Part shown: positions 37,548 through 46,948 of the stretch, piece by piece
Layout: every line of letters starts with the position of its first letter
Position numbering within the stretch: the stretch's first letter is position 1
Assembly: GCA_034437655.1 (NCBI GenBank)
Contig: DAOTTU010000044.1
Coordinates: forward strand, 265,584 to 329,583
Source of the DNA: Anaerolineae bacterium
GTDB lineage: Bacteria; Chloroflexota; Anaerolineae; Aggregatilineales; J027
Direction of reading: 5' to 3'
DNA: 64,000 nt
The notes under the pieces: generated by a model
Seen by the model: the letters and a program-made list of their open reading frames with translations, nothing else
Databases searched by the model: none
What the model was told of the DNA's origin: nothing
Translations under genes and position numbers: made by a program

Positions 37548-38225
37548 ATGGCTGAGCAAGTACTGGTTATAGAGGATGAAACAAACATCGCGCAGTTTTT
37601 AGAGCGTGGATTGATCTACGAAGGCTATCGTGTCGATGTCGCTTATGATGGACAAAGTGGTCTTAGTATGGCTCGCGATAACCCACCAGATATGGTCATC
37701 CTTGACTGGATGTTGCCGGGTATTGATGGTATAGAAGTCTGCCGACGTCTGCGGGCTGCCAGCGAAGTCCCCATTTTGATGTTGACCGCCAAAGACGCAG
37801 TGAACGACCGGGTGAGCGGGCTGGATGCTGGCGCGGATGATTATCTTGTCAAACCATTTTCGTTCGAAGAATTGCTGGCACGTGTGCGGGCATTACTACG
37901 ACGTAGCAACACCACCTCTCGCCCCGAAATTCTACGCTTTGCAGACCTGACGCTAGACACAGGCACCCACCGTGCCATGCGTGGTGAGCGGGCTATTGAC
38001 CTCACTGCGAAAGAATATGAACTACTAGAGCTGTTCATGCGTAACCCACGTCAGGTGTTAACCCGTGACGTTATCTTTGACCGCGTTTGGGGCTACGATT
38101 TTGGTGGTGAAAGTAACATCATCGAAGTGTATGTGCGTTACTTACGGCAGAAGACAGAGGCTGAAAACGAACCACGTTTGATTCATACAGTACGTGGCGT
38201 GGGATATGTATTGCGCGAAGACTGA
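37548..38225 (+). CDS. OmpR-family response regulator
   Basis: 225 aa. The receiver shows VILDWMLPG and the winged helix shows [11 protein letters not shown]. Confidence 0.9.
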   Translation: MAEQVLVIEDETNIAQFLERGLIYEGYRVDVAYDGQSGLSMARDNPPDMVILDWMLPGIDGIEVCRRLRAASEVPILMLTAKDAVNDRVSGLDAGADDYLVKPFSFEELLARVRALLRRSNTTSRPEILRFADLTLDTGTHRAMRGERAIDLTAKEYELLELFMRNPRQVLTRDVIFDRVWGYDFGGESNIIEVYVRYLRQKTEAENEPRLIHTVRGVGYVLRED

Positions 38226-38453
38226 TATTTCGTGGAGTGGCGTGCTAGCTACAAAGTTTAAATGCAGATTATAGGCACAAATTGAGGTAGCTTGTATATC
38301 CACACTGCAACGCGATGGTGACACTGGTAGAGTAGGTGAATATGGCGGTATAAAGCGGCTTAAAGCGATTGTTGTTCTCATCTATCGCTCAGGTACTCAT
38401 GCTATAGTCAACATAATTTGACGACCTTAAGTGTAGGTCTGTGGGGCTTCTGC

Positions 38454-39836
38454 ATGACCATCCGTTTACGCCTGACACTGTTGTATTCAGCATTGCTTAT
38501 TGCCACTATTGTACTCTTTGGGGCTGCTGTATATGGTGTCTTGGATCGTACGTTGCGCACCCAGGTTGATGAAGACCTGGAACAAGTTCTTGATGACACC
38601 GAAAGCGACATTCGCAACAACATCACTGATGAAGGCGAACTCACTGTCGCACCCTTGCCGCTCAACACCTTTCAGTCGGAAAATACCTATGTACAACTGT
38701 GGGTAGTTGAAGATGAATTGCTGGTCAACCTATCGCGCAGTCTGGGTACCTACAACCAACCGCTGGACGCCAGTGCTTTTGACCATGACGATGACACCGT
38801 CTCAAATGTAACCATCGAAGACAATGACTTGCGGGTGCGTACTCGTGCCATTGACGCCAATGGTGACACGATCGCGTACATACAGGCGGCGTCATCCCTT
38901 AAACCTGTTACAGACGCCACCGGACAGCTTTTTGTGATTATGGGAGCGCTTGGCGGTGGGCTCGTTGTGATTTCGGGTGTCGTAGGTTATTTTATGGCGC
39001 TCAATGCACTCAAACCAATCAGCAAAATCAATGAAACTGCGCGAGCCATTGTTGCGGCTGAAGACTTAAATCGGCGTGTCCCTTATGCCAATACGCACGA
39101 CGAACTTGGCGCAATGACTTCAACCATCAACAACATGTTGGAACGTCTCGAAAAGTTGTTCAATGCTCAGCAGCGGTTTGTAGCAGACATCTCACACGAG
39201 CTACGAACCCCCATCACCGCGATCCAGGGTCACGTTGAACTCATGCAACGCTTCGGCTATGACCAGGATTCAATGGATGCTGTGGCACGTTCTACCGTCC
39301 GCATGGTGCAACTTGTCGAAGACCTGATGTTGCTGGCTAATGCTGATATTGGACGTATGACCCCCCATAAGTCCACCGTCCACCTGGACACCCTGTTGCT
39401 GCATGCTTACGAAAAGGCGCATCAGCACAATAAAGAGGGCGTGCAGGTGCATCTGGGCAATGTCGAACAGGTGATGGTCGAAGGTGACCCCTCACTCCTT
39501 TCGCAACTACTCGAAAATCTAGTCAATAACGCCATCTGCTATACCGAGGCCGATGGGCGTGTTACGCTCAGCGTACATCGTAACCACAAGTGGGTTGAAA
39601 TCAGTGTACAGGATACGGGCGTCGGCATTGCTGAAAAAGACCTGCACCAGATTTTTGATCGGTTCTACCGTGTGGACACTGCCCGCGCCCGGCCGGGCGG
39701 TGGGTCGGGGTTGGGGCTGTCTATTGCAATGTGGATCGCCCAGGCGCATGATGGCGAATTGACCGTGCAAAGCAAAGTCGGTGAAGGTAGCACCTTCACA
39801 GTACGCTTGCCCTACCACACACCCTCTAGCAATTGA
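38454..39836 (+). CDS. Sensor histidine kinase (2 TM, HAMP, HisKA, HATPase_c)
   Basis: The ORF track gives 38418..39836. The ATG at 38454 gives MTIRLRLTLLYSALL. The H-box is SHELRTP. The N and G boxes are NLVNNAICYT, DTGVGI and GGSGLGLSI. Confidence 0.85.
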   Translation: MTIRLRLTLLYSALLIATIVLFGAAVYGVLDRTLRTQVDEDLEQVLDDTESDIRNNITDEGELTVAPLPLNTFQSENTYVQLWVVEDELLVNLSRSLGTYNQPLDASAFDHDDDTVSNVTIEDNDLRVRTRAIDANGDTIAYIQAASSLKPVTDATGQLFVIMGALGGGLVVISGVVGYFMALNALKPISKINETARAIVAAEDLNRRVPYANTHDELGAMTSTINNMLERLEKLFNAQQRFVADISHELRTPITAIQGHVELMQRFGYDQDSMDAVARSTVRMVQLVEDLMLLANADIGRMTPHKSTVHLDTLLLHAYEKAHQHNKEGVQVHLGNVEQVMVEGDPSLLSQLLENLVNNAICYTEADGRVTLSVHRNHKWVEISVQDTGVGIAEKDLHQIFDRFYRVDTARARPGGGSGLGLSIAMWIAQAHDGELTVQSKVGEGSTFTVRLPYHTPSSN

Positions 39837-39843
39837 TCGGCGC

Positions 39844-39872
39844 TTGACCCATACCCCACCACTGGCTAAAAT
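39844..39872 (+). promoter_or_regulatory. Candidate promoter for asnS
   Basis: TTGACC, a 17-nt spacer, then TAAAAT. It ends 49 nt before the asnS ATG. Confidence 0.5.
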
Positions 39873-39920
39873 CCCTGACGTTGTGCAGGTTTGTAGAAGG
39901 CAAACGATAAGGAAATTAGC

Positions 39921-41264
39921 ATGAGTTCAGCGCCCCTCATCACGATTGATCAGATCAAAGACTATGACGGTCAGACGGTTACATTACAAGGTTGGCTCTA
40001 CAATAAGACTGGCAAAGGTAAACTGCAATTCCTTAAGCTGCGCGACGGCACGGGTATTGTGCAATGTGTAGTCTTTAAGAAAGATGTGGACGAAGCGGTC
40101 TTCGAAGCGGCTCGTTCATTAACACAGGAATCATCCTTGCGCATTGTTGGTACAGTCCGCGCAGATGAGCGTGCGCCGGGCATTCCGGGCGGTTTTGAGG
40201 TCGGGGTGCAAACAGTTGAGCCTTTTCATGTTTCCGGCGAATACCCCATCGGCAACAAAGAACACGGCGTTGAATTCTTGATGGAAAACCGCCATCTCTG
40301 GCTCCGTTCAACACGCCAGTGGGCCATCCTGCGCATTCGTGCCACGATTGTGCGTACCATTCGCAACTGGTTAGACGATCATGGCTATCTCCTCGTTGAT
40401 ACGCCTATTCTTTCCAGTTCGGCGGGAGAAAACTCGACAGATTTATTTGAAGTCGATTATTTTGGGCAACCCGCCTATCTGGCGCAGACCGGACAACTCT
40501 ACAACGAAGCCAACATGGCGTCCTTTGGCAAGGTGTATTGCTTTGGCCCAACCTTCCGCGCTGAAAAGTCCAAAACACGCCGCCATCTGATTGAATTCTG
40601 GATGGTAGAGCCTGAAATGGCCTTCTTTTCCCTGGAAGACCTGATGGATATGGAAGAACAATTTGTTACAGCAATCATTCAGGCTGTGCTAGACAAACAC
40701 CGCGCTGAACTTGAAATCCTTGAACGGGATATTGCCGCTCTGGAAAAGATTACAGCACCGTTTGCCCGCATCACTTACGACGAAGCAGTTGAACGTCTGC
40801 AAAAACTGGTTGCTGACATGCCAGCGGGTGAAGAAAAAGACCTGCTCAACATTGAATGGGGTGAAGACTTCGGTAGCCCGCACGAAACAGCCATTGCTGA
40901 AATGTTCGACAAGCCTGTCTTCGTCTATCACTATCCCACAGCGGTTAAAGCCTTTTACATGCAACCCGTTGACGGCCGGCCAGAAGTCTGTCGTAGTGTG
41001 GACCTGCTTGCCCCCGAAGGCTACGGTGAAATTACAGGCGGTAGCGAACGCATCTATAACCTGGAATTGCTTGAACAGCGTGTCGAAGAAGTCGGTATCG
41101 ACCCATCGAACTACGCATGGTACCTCGATTTGAGGCGCTATGGTGGGGTGCCGCACGCTGGCTTCGGGCTTGGTGTAGAGCGCACAGTCGCATGGATTTG
41201 TGGCTTGCCGCATGTCCGTGAGACAATTCCTTATGCGCGTATGCTGACCCACCTTACGCCATAG
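39921..41264 (+). CDS. asnS: Asparagine--tRNA ligase
   Basis: 447 aa class IIb synthetase. It has an OB-fold N-terminus. Motif 2 reads [28 protein letters not shown], where EFWMVEPE favours AsnRS over AspRS. Motif 3 reads [10 protein letters not shown]. Confidence 0.85.
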   Translation: MSSAPLITIDQIKDYDGQTVTLQGWLYNKTGKGKLQFLKLRDGTGIVQCVVFKKDVDEAVFEAARSLTQESSLRIVGTVRADERAPGIPGGFEVGVQTVEPFHVSGEYPIGNKEHGVEFLMENRHLWLRSTRQWAILRIRATIVRTIRNWLDDHGYLLVDTPILSSSAGENSTDLFEVDYFGQPAYLAQTGQLYNEANMASFGKVYCFGPTFRAEKSKTRRHLIEFWMVEPEMAFFSLEDLMDMEEQFVTAIIQAVLDKHRAELEILERDIAALEKITAPFARITYDEAVERLQKLVADMPAGEEKDLLNIEWGEDFGSPHETAIAEMFDKPVFVYHYPTAVKAFYMQPVDGRPEVCRSVDLLAPEGYGEITGGSERIYNLELLEQRVEEVGIDPSNYAWYLDLRRYGGVPHAGFGLGVERTVAWICGLPHVRETIPYARMLTHLTP

Positions 41265-41281
41265 GTGTTTGATCACAGACA

Positions 41282-42022
41282 ATGAAAATGTCTCTGACCG
41301 AACATCGGCGGCATGCCCGGCAAATTCTGGATGATACGAACCCCAAAGACGCGCCGACTGCTTACTATGTCCTGTTTCATGATCCAAAGCGCTCGGCAGT
41401 GTACACCACGCTGAATGCGGAAGGCAAAACGGAAGGGGTTGTCGGCGTGTTCCAGACCGGGCAAGACCTCTTTCGCCCTTTGTTAACAACGGTATGTCGT
41501 ACCACTGAAGCCATGCAAAGACTATTGCGTAAAGCGCTGACCGTTGGCCGACCTTATATTTTCTTTGCAAACCTGAATCAGCTACCCTTGATGCCGCCTG
41601 ACCTCCACATTGAAAATCAGCGTATTCTACAAGTGTTGCGACTGGATTCTACACGCTTCGAACCCCAGATTAATGTCCTTGTCGAGCGTAAACAAACCCC
41701 AGACGGACTGCCGCGTTGCGAAATCAACATGAGCCATTATCAGTCAGTAGCCGGCGTTAACTGGCAAAGCCCCGGTTTTGCTGAAGTCTATGTGCGAACT
41801 GCGCCAGAGGTGCGCGGGCGTGGTTGGGGGCGGCATGTGCTTAACGCTGTAACAGATGAAGTGTTGCGGAGTGGCCGGCAGCCGATTTACCTTGTTGAGG
41901 CTGACAATACGGCCTCGTTGCGCCTCGCGGAAAGCGTCGGTTACAGTGACACAGGGTATCGGCAACTCTATGCTGATGCAGTGTATGTGGGGCCAAACGG
42001 TGCCGCTGATGCAAACCAGTAG
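41282..42022 (+). CDS. GNAT-family N-acetyltransferase with an extra N-terminal domain
   Basis: 246 aa. The acetyl-CoA-binding region reads VRGRGWGRHVLNAVTDEVL...ADNTASLRLAESVGY. Confidence 0.6.
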   Translation: MKMSLTEHRRHARQILDDTNPKDAPTAYYVLFHDPKRSAVYTTLNAEGKTEGVVGVFQTGQDLFRPLLTTVCRTTEAMQRLLRKALTVGRPYIFFANLNQLPLMPPDLHIENQRILQVLRLDSTRFEPQINVLVERKQTPDGLPRCEINMSHYQSVAGVNWQSPGFAEVYVRTAPEVRGRGWGRHVLNAVTDEVLRSGRQPIYLVEADNTASLRLAESVGYSDTGYRQLYADAVYVGPNGAADANQ

Positions 42023-42046
42023 TCAATAGGTGAGGAGTACGAGCAG

Positions 42047-43429
42047 ATGTCGATTCCGAAGGTGTATGTCATTTTTGGTGCGCTTATCACGCTCATTGTG
42101 GTGGGCATTGGTGGTGCATTCCTGTTACAACCATCCGGCGGATTAATAAGTGATGTTGGTTTCTCAGAGGCTGTGTTGACACCAAATGCTGACGGGGAAA
42201 GCGATATTGTCGTTTTTTCCTATTCGCTCAGTCGCACGGCCACTGTTTCGCTGGCTTTCGAAAATGAGCAAGGGCAGACCTTTGTTTTTCGTGACGAAGA
42301 ACGCCGTGCCCCCGGTGACTATAGCGTTAATTTCAGCGGCGTTGTAGATGGCTATCGGGTAGATGGTGAACCGGACATTGCTGGAGACATTGAACGTCGT
42401 TTGATCCCGGATGGCAACTACACCTGGACTTTCACTGCTACTAACGATGAGGATGGCACCGTCAGCGAATCTGGCACACTTCGTGTTCAAAGTGGCGACG
42501 CGCAATTGCCAGAAATTAGTGCATTTGATGTTTTTCCGATCGAGTTCTCACCAAATCAGGACGGCATTAACGACCGCATCAGTGTGAATGTCTTCCTCGA
42601 AAAAGCATCGGATTTGACGGTGTATCTCGAAGATGGTGTTGGCACCCGCATCTATCTTGCAGAACGTTTGTTGGACCGTGAACCGGGTGAACCGGGCAAT
42701 CATGAGTTTGACTATGATGGCGGCGTTGATGATGGTTTTGAACCGCCTGAAGACGGACGCTACATGCTTTATGCGGTCGCGCAAGATGAGGAAGGGCAGC
42801 GGGTGGCCCGCACTCGTGAGATCGAAATCGTTGGCGGTGGGTTGCCACAGGTCGAAATTGCACCACAGCCGACGGGCGCAAATGTATGCTTTTCGACGTT
42901 GCCGTGGGATGAGCGCTATCGTAATACAGAGGCGCTAGAAGGCGCTATTCTCGACCTCCCCGAAAGTAATTGCTCCGATTTGCGTACCATCGAGATGTTA
43001 CAGGGCGATTTACTGGTCTTCCGCCTAACGGTTCGCAACTATGGACGCACTGCTGTTCGCACGCACGGCCCCTTCGCCGGGACAGTCTATCAGTATGAGC
43101 AACTTCCACCAGCATTGAGCCAGCCAGAAAGTGATGGTGCGGTGCGCGTTGGGATTCACTGCCAGGCCAGCACAGTCGATAACCCGTGGCGGTGGGGGCT
43201 GGGCCGCCCCGACGACCTGACCGCCCGTGACGTTGGCGGCCGTACTTTCTACTACCTCGAAGCAGGTGAAATTGTGCAGGTGTGGGGTGCCATCCGCATG
43301 ACGGAAATTGTTGAAGAACGCAATCCGCAGAATTGCAACGCTTCATTGATTCATGAAGGGGTGCGCGTCTTTAACCGCAATGTTGGCAACCGTCAGATTG
43401 AGCTTTTCCCGCGTGAACTGGACGAATGA
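42047..43429 (+). CDS. N-terminally anchored extracytoplasmic protein with two FlgD-Ig-like beta-sandwich signatures, function unknown
   Basis: 460 aa. The TM helix is VYVIFGALITLIVVGIGGAFLL. The Ig-like signatures are LTPNADGESD and FSPNQDGINDR. Confidence 0.5.
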   Translation: MSIPKVYVIFGALITLIVVGIGGAFLLQPSGGLISDVGFSEAVLTPNADGESDIVVFSYSLSRTATVSLAFENEQGQTFVFRDEERRAPGDYSVNFSGVVDGYRVDGEPDIAGDIERRLIPDGNYTWTFTATNDEDGTVSESGTLRVQSGDAQLPEISAFDVFPIEFSPNQDGINDRISVNVFLEKASDLTVYLEDGVGTRIYLAERLLDREPGEPGNHEFDYDGGVDDGFEPPEDGRYMLYAVAQDEEGQRVARTREIEIVGGGLPQVEIAPQPTGANVCFSTLPWDERYRNTEALEGAILDLPESNCSDLRTIEMLQGDLLVFRLTVRNYGRTAVRTHGPFAGTVYQYEQLPPALSQPESDGAVRVGIHCQASTVDNPWRWGLGRPDDLTARDVGGRTFYYLEAGEIVQVWGAIRMTEIVEERNPQNCNASLIHEGVRVFNRNVGNRQIELFPRELDE

Positions 43430-43598
43430 ACGGGTTTCTACAGAGGCTCAACAACATGCTGATCTGCATGGTCATCTGCCAATGCGTGGGATATCCGCAC
43501 ACCTGAATGTATCCGTCGTAGCCACTGCCATTGCACGCTCTGAAATCACGAGTCAACGTGCGGCCGTGGTATCAACCGCGAAAAAGCCATGAGCCGCG

Positions 43599-44360
43599 TT
43601 AGAAGCGAATACAGTCACGGACGCGAGCTTCGAGGGCGACAAATTCCCCGTCTGTGAGCAGGCTCATCTTACGTGGACGGTCGAAGGTGACGTCAATATC
43701 ACCAATGATGCGCCCCGGCCGTGTACTCAGCACGACCACACGGTCAGCGAGGAAGACTGCTTCGCGAATATCATGTGTCACCATCAGCACAGCGGCTTGG
43801 GTACGCCCCCACAAGCGCAGCAATTCATGCCACATCTGTTCACGGGTGATAGCGTCCAGTGCCCCGAAGGGCTCGTCCAGCAGCAAAATATCGGGCTCCG
43901 TGACGATACCACGTGCAATGCTGACTCGTTGCGCCATTCCACCGGAAAGCTCCGCGGGGAAGACGTTTTCGAAGTCTGCCAACCCGGTGACTTCAAGCAT
44001 GTGGCGGGCACGTTCCACTCGTTCGGCCCGGTTGACGCCGGCCAGTTGCAAGGGTAGCAGCACATTATCCAACACAGAGCGCCACGGCATCAGGTTCTCT
44101 TTCTGCGCAACGACGCTCATTGAACGGCGCGGACCACGTAAAGGTGTTCCCTTTACCGTCACTTGACCTTGTTTTGGGCGTATCAGTCCGGCCAGAATGC
44201 GTAGCAGAGTGGTCTTACCGCTGCCACTGGGGCCAATCAAACAGGTGAAGGTATTCGGCGCAACTGCTAGCGACACGTTATTGACCGCCAGCACATTTCC
44301 GCCATCAGAGGTGCGAAATGAATGTGTAATGTTACTGGCGCTGAGGATGGGTTCTGTCAT
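43599..44360 (-). CDS. ABC transporter ATPase of the nitrate/sulfonate/taurine (SsuB/TauB-like) type, with no adjacent permease or binding protein
   Basis: 253 aa. Motifs are GPSGSGKTT, LSGGMAQR and LLLDEPFGALD. Confidence 0.8.
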   Translation of the reverse strand: MTEPILSASNITHSFRTSDGGNVLAVNNVSLAVAPNTFTCLIGPSGSGKTTLLRILAGLIRPKQGQVTVKGTPLRGPRRSMSVVAQKENLMPWRSVLDNVLLPLQLAGVNRAERVERARHMLEVTGLADFENVFPAELSGGMAQRVSIARGIVTEPDILLLDEPFGALDAITREQMWHELLRLWGRTQAAVLMVTHDIREAVFLADRVVVLSTRPGRIIGDIDVTFDRPRKMSLLTDGEFVALEARVRDCIRF

Positions 44361-44408
44361 AAGGTGTTTAGTGCCTGAATTGAGCCTGCATAATGCATTT
44401 GGGCACGA

Positions 44409-45689
44409 CTATTCTGGACGTAATCCGAGCGTCACGGGCACAGCGATGGTCTGCTCATCTCGGATAACAGTGAGTACAACTTCCTCACCGGGCGAAGTGC
44501 GTTCTACCAGATAAGTCAACAGATCATCCAGATCACTAATGTCCTCGCCGTTAATGGCAACGATAATGTCACCGCCCAGCGTAAATTCACGCCCTCGGAA
44601 CAGCGTCACTTCGTCGCCACCCTGTAGCCCGGCTACAAAAGCTGGTGAGTCTGGAATAACCCTTGTAATTAACACGCCACGGTTCGCTGCTAGCCCATAT
44701 TCGGCGGCCAGGACAGGCATACTCAACCCGGCTTCATCGGTCGGGGCGGCCTGAACCCCCAACCAGGGATAAACCGCGTTGCCGTTGTCAATCAATTGTG
44801 GAATGACACGCAACACCGTGTTGACTGGTACTGCATACGCAACCCCCTGGAACACACCTGTATCAGAACGAATCGCCGTGGCAATGCCAATGACCTCGCC
44901 ATTCAGGTTAAGAATCGGCCCGCCAGAGTTGCCGGGGTTAACAGCCGCGTCAATCTGAATGATTGAAGGGTTGTTATAAACCTGTTCGGTGAGAGGGTTT
45001 ATCAAGCGTTGAGAGCTGAGTGAGCGTCCGGTCGCACTGATGATGCCTGTGGTCATACTGTTTTCAAGGCCGAAGGGACTGCCGATGGCGACGATATATT
45101 CACCAACGCGAATCTGCTGGCTGTCTCCAAAGGTGACGGGCAATAATACGTTCGGTTCAACACTAACACGGATTACGGCAAGATCACTGAACTCATCTGT
45201 ACCAACGATTTCAGCATCTGCGACGGCACCATTGGGGAATGTAACCAGAATTTCACGTGAACCGAGTACAACGTGTGCATTGGTGATAATGTGCCCGTCA
45301 AAGTCGTACACAAACCCGGACCCGCTGCTGTCGATTACATCTGTAGAAGAACGCGCATCAACGACTTCAATGTTGACCACTGATGGGCTGACCCGTTCGT
45401 AAATATTGACAAAAACATCTTCTACAGCGAGTGCCTGTGTCACAACATCGGGCGCAAGTGGCGTAGCGGTTGGGGAAAATTGGGCGATCCCCGCAACGTT
45501 AGGCGACACTGAATTGCTGATCACCTGAATGTTGTCATTGATTGGGGCAGCATGCGCCGCTGGAGAATCTTCGGTGGCCGGTTCAGGGGCATAAAGTCCA
45601 CTACACGCCGCCAGTCCAACGACGCCTATCATGGTCAGCAACATAATCAAGAATCGAGGCTGTGTCATAATTCGGTTTCTCTCGTCCAA
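44409..45689 (-). CDS. HtrA/DegP-family serine protease with a PDZ domain
   Basis: 426 aa with an N-terminal anchor. Catalytic contexts are TNAHVV and GNSGGP. A C-terminal PDZ-like region is present. Confidence 0.85.
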   Translation of the reverse strand: MDERNRIMTQPRFLIMLLTMIGVVGLAACSGLYAPEPATEDSPAAHAAPINDNIQVISNSVSPNVAGIAQFSPTATPLAPDVVTQALAVEDVFVNIYERVSPSVVNIEVVDARSSTDVIDSSGSGFVYDFDGHIITNAHVVLGSREILVTFPNGAVADAEIVGTDEFSDLAVIRVSVEPNVLLPVTFGDSQQIRVGEYIVAIGSPFGLENSMTTGIISATGRSLSSQRLINPLTEQVYNNPSIIQIDAAVNPGNSGGPILNLNGEVIGIATAIRSDTGVFQGVAYAVPVNTVLRVIPQLIDNGNAVYPWLGVQAAPTDEAGLSMPVLAAEYGLAANRGVLITRVIPDSPAFVAGLQGGDEVTLFRGREFTLGGDIIVAINGEDISDLDDLLTYLVERTSPGEEVVLTVIRDEQTIAVPVTLGLRPE

Positions 45690-45692
45690 TAC

Positions 45693-46580
45693 CTAGCGCA
45701 AACTACGCAAATGCTCGAACAGCTCTTGCTCGGTTTCACTTAACTTAGTTGGGATTTGAATGAGCGGTCTTACAAACAGATCACCATATTCTTTTGGGTT
45801 TTTTAGACGGGGCATCCCTTTACCCAATAGACGAATGCGCTGACCAGACTGGGTGCCGGGCGGGATTTTGAGTTTGACATCGCCTGTCATGGTCGGGATA
45901 CGCGCCTCTCCGCCTAAGACAGCAGTGTACAACCCAATTCTAAGCTCGACATGAAGATCATCACCGTCGCGGTCGAAGGTATCATGCTGTTGCACCTCAA
46001 CAACCACATACAGGTCGCCCGGTTCGCCGCCTGCAAAGCCACGCTTGCCATGCCCGGCAAAGCGCACTTTGGTTCCTGTCCGTGAACCTGCCGGTATTTG
46101 TGCATTAAACTGCTGGCCGCCGGGTTTGGTGACCCTGCAAACAGTTCCTGCGTAGGCTTCTTCGAGCGTGATGGAAGCCTGAATATCAATGTCAAAGCCA
46201 CGGATAGGGGTCTTGTTCGACTCTGTTTCACTGCGTGCAGTGTTTTCTCCGAATAATGAACTGAGGAAGTCAGAGAACATGCCCCCCGAGCGAGATCGTG
46301 ATGACGAATCCCGTGCCCGGGCACGGCGCCATTCCCCTGTTGCAGTCCGCTGGCTTTGCTGCCAGTTACTACCAAAACGGTCATAACGGGCCCGTTTGTC
46401 GGCATCGCTTAGCACGGCATAGGCTTCGTTGATTTCTTTGAACCGATTTTCTGCTTCTTTGTTGTTCGGGTTCAGGTCTGGGTGGTAGCGCCGCGCCAGT
46501 TCTCGATAGGCGCGTTTGATTTCTTGCTCAGTTGCGCTGGCTGATACCCCGAGAATAGCGTAATAGTCGTACTCTAGCAT
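45693..46580 (-). CDS. J-domain co-chaperone of the CbpA type (J domain plus DnaJ C-terminal domains, no zinc finger)
   Basis: 295 aa. The J domain reads YYAILGV...YHPD. DnaJ CTD-like segments include GDLYVVVEV and [22 protein letters not shown]. Confidence 0.8.
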   Translation of the reverse strand: MLEYDYYAILGVSASATEQEIKRAYRELARRYHPDLNPNNKEAENRFKEINEAYAVLSDADKRARYDRFGSNWQQSQRTATGEWRRARARDSSSRSRSGGMFSDFLSSLFGENTARSETESNKTPIRGFDIDIQASITLEEAYAGTVCRVTKPGGQQFNAQIPAGSRTGTKVRFAGHGKRGFAGGEPGDLYVVVEVQQHDTFDRDGDDLHVELRIGLYTAVLGGEARIPTMTGDVKLKIPPGTQSGQRIRLLGKGMPRLKNPKEYGDLFVRPLIQIPTKLSETEQELFEHLRSLR

Positions 46581-46849
46581 CAGGTCAAATCTCGTCCGTG
46601 CCTCACTACGATATTAAAAACGATATTAAAACTTAGTTCAATTGTAACACAGTGCAATTTAGGCTTTAATTCTACTTTCACGCCTTGTATAATTCCCCGA
46701 CATAACCAAGGACTGTATGTGTTCCTCATTCATACCATAGCAACGTTGTTGAAATTGCTGTTTCCAAAATGTTCTGCTTGCAAAAGCATGTTTTGTTCAA
46801 AATAACTGAATATCATATACGTTTTTAACGGGATTGCATCTGGTGCGTA

Positions 46850-46858
46850 TGGTACAAT
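46850..46858 (+). promoter_or_regulatory. Candidate extended -10 promoter element for rpsA
   Basis: TGgTACAAT, with no convincing -35. It lies in the AT-rich divergent intergenic region about 90 nt upstream of the start. Confidence 0.35.
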
Positions 46859-46948
46859 GAGAGGGCTTAGTCAAGTCCCTGTTTTTCGCGTTTCCGTTTG
46901 CTGTTGCATAACCAGCAGCGCCTATTGAACTCGACAAGAGGAGGCCGA

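Noticed and set aside
39837-39920. Possible T-box leader upstream of asnS
   Set aside because: The intergenic region is only 84 nt and is largely occupied by a promoter-like element and the RBS. That is too short for a T-box, and no T-box consensus is visible.
40689-41570. 293-aa minus-strand ORF antisense to asnS and the GNAT gene
   Set aside because: It spans the boundary of two well-supported plus-strand genes and has no recognisable domain. It is an antisense shadow.
46608-46631. Tandem 12-bp direct repeat ACGATATTAAAA x2 in the cbpA-like/rpsA divergent region
   Set aside because: There are only two short AT-rich copies, which could arise by chance in an AT-rich promoter region. No matching known operator (CIRCE, HAIR) is present.
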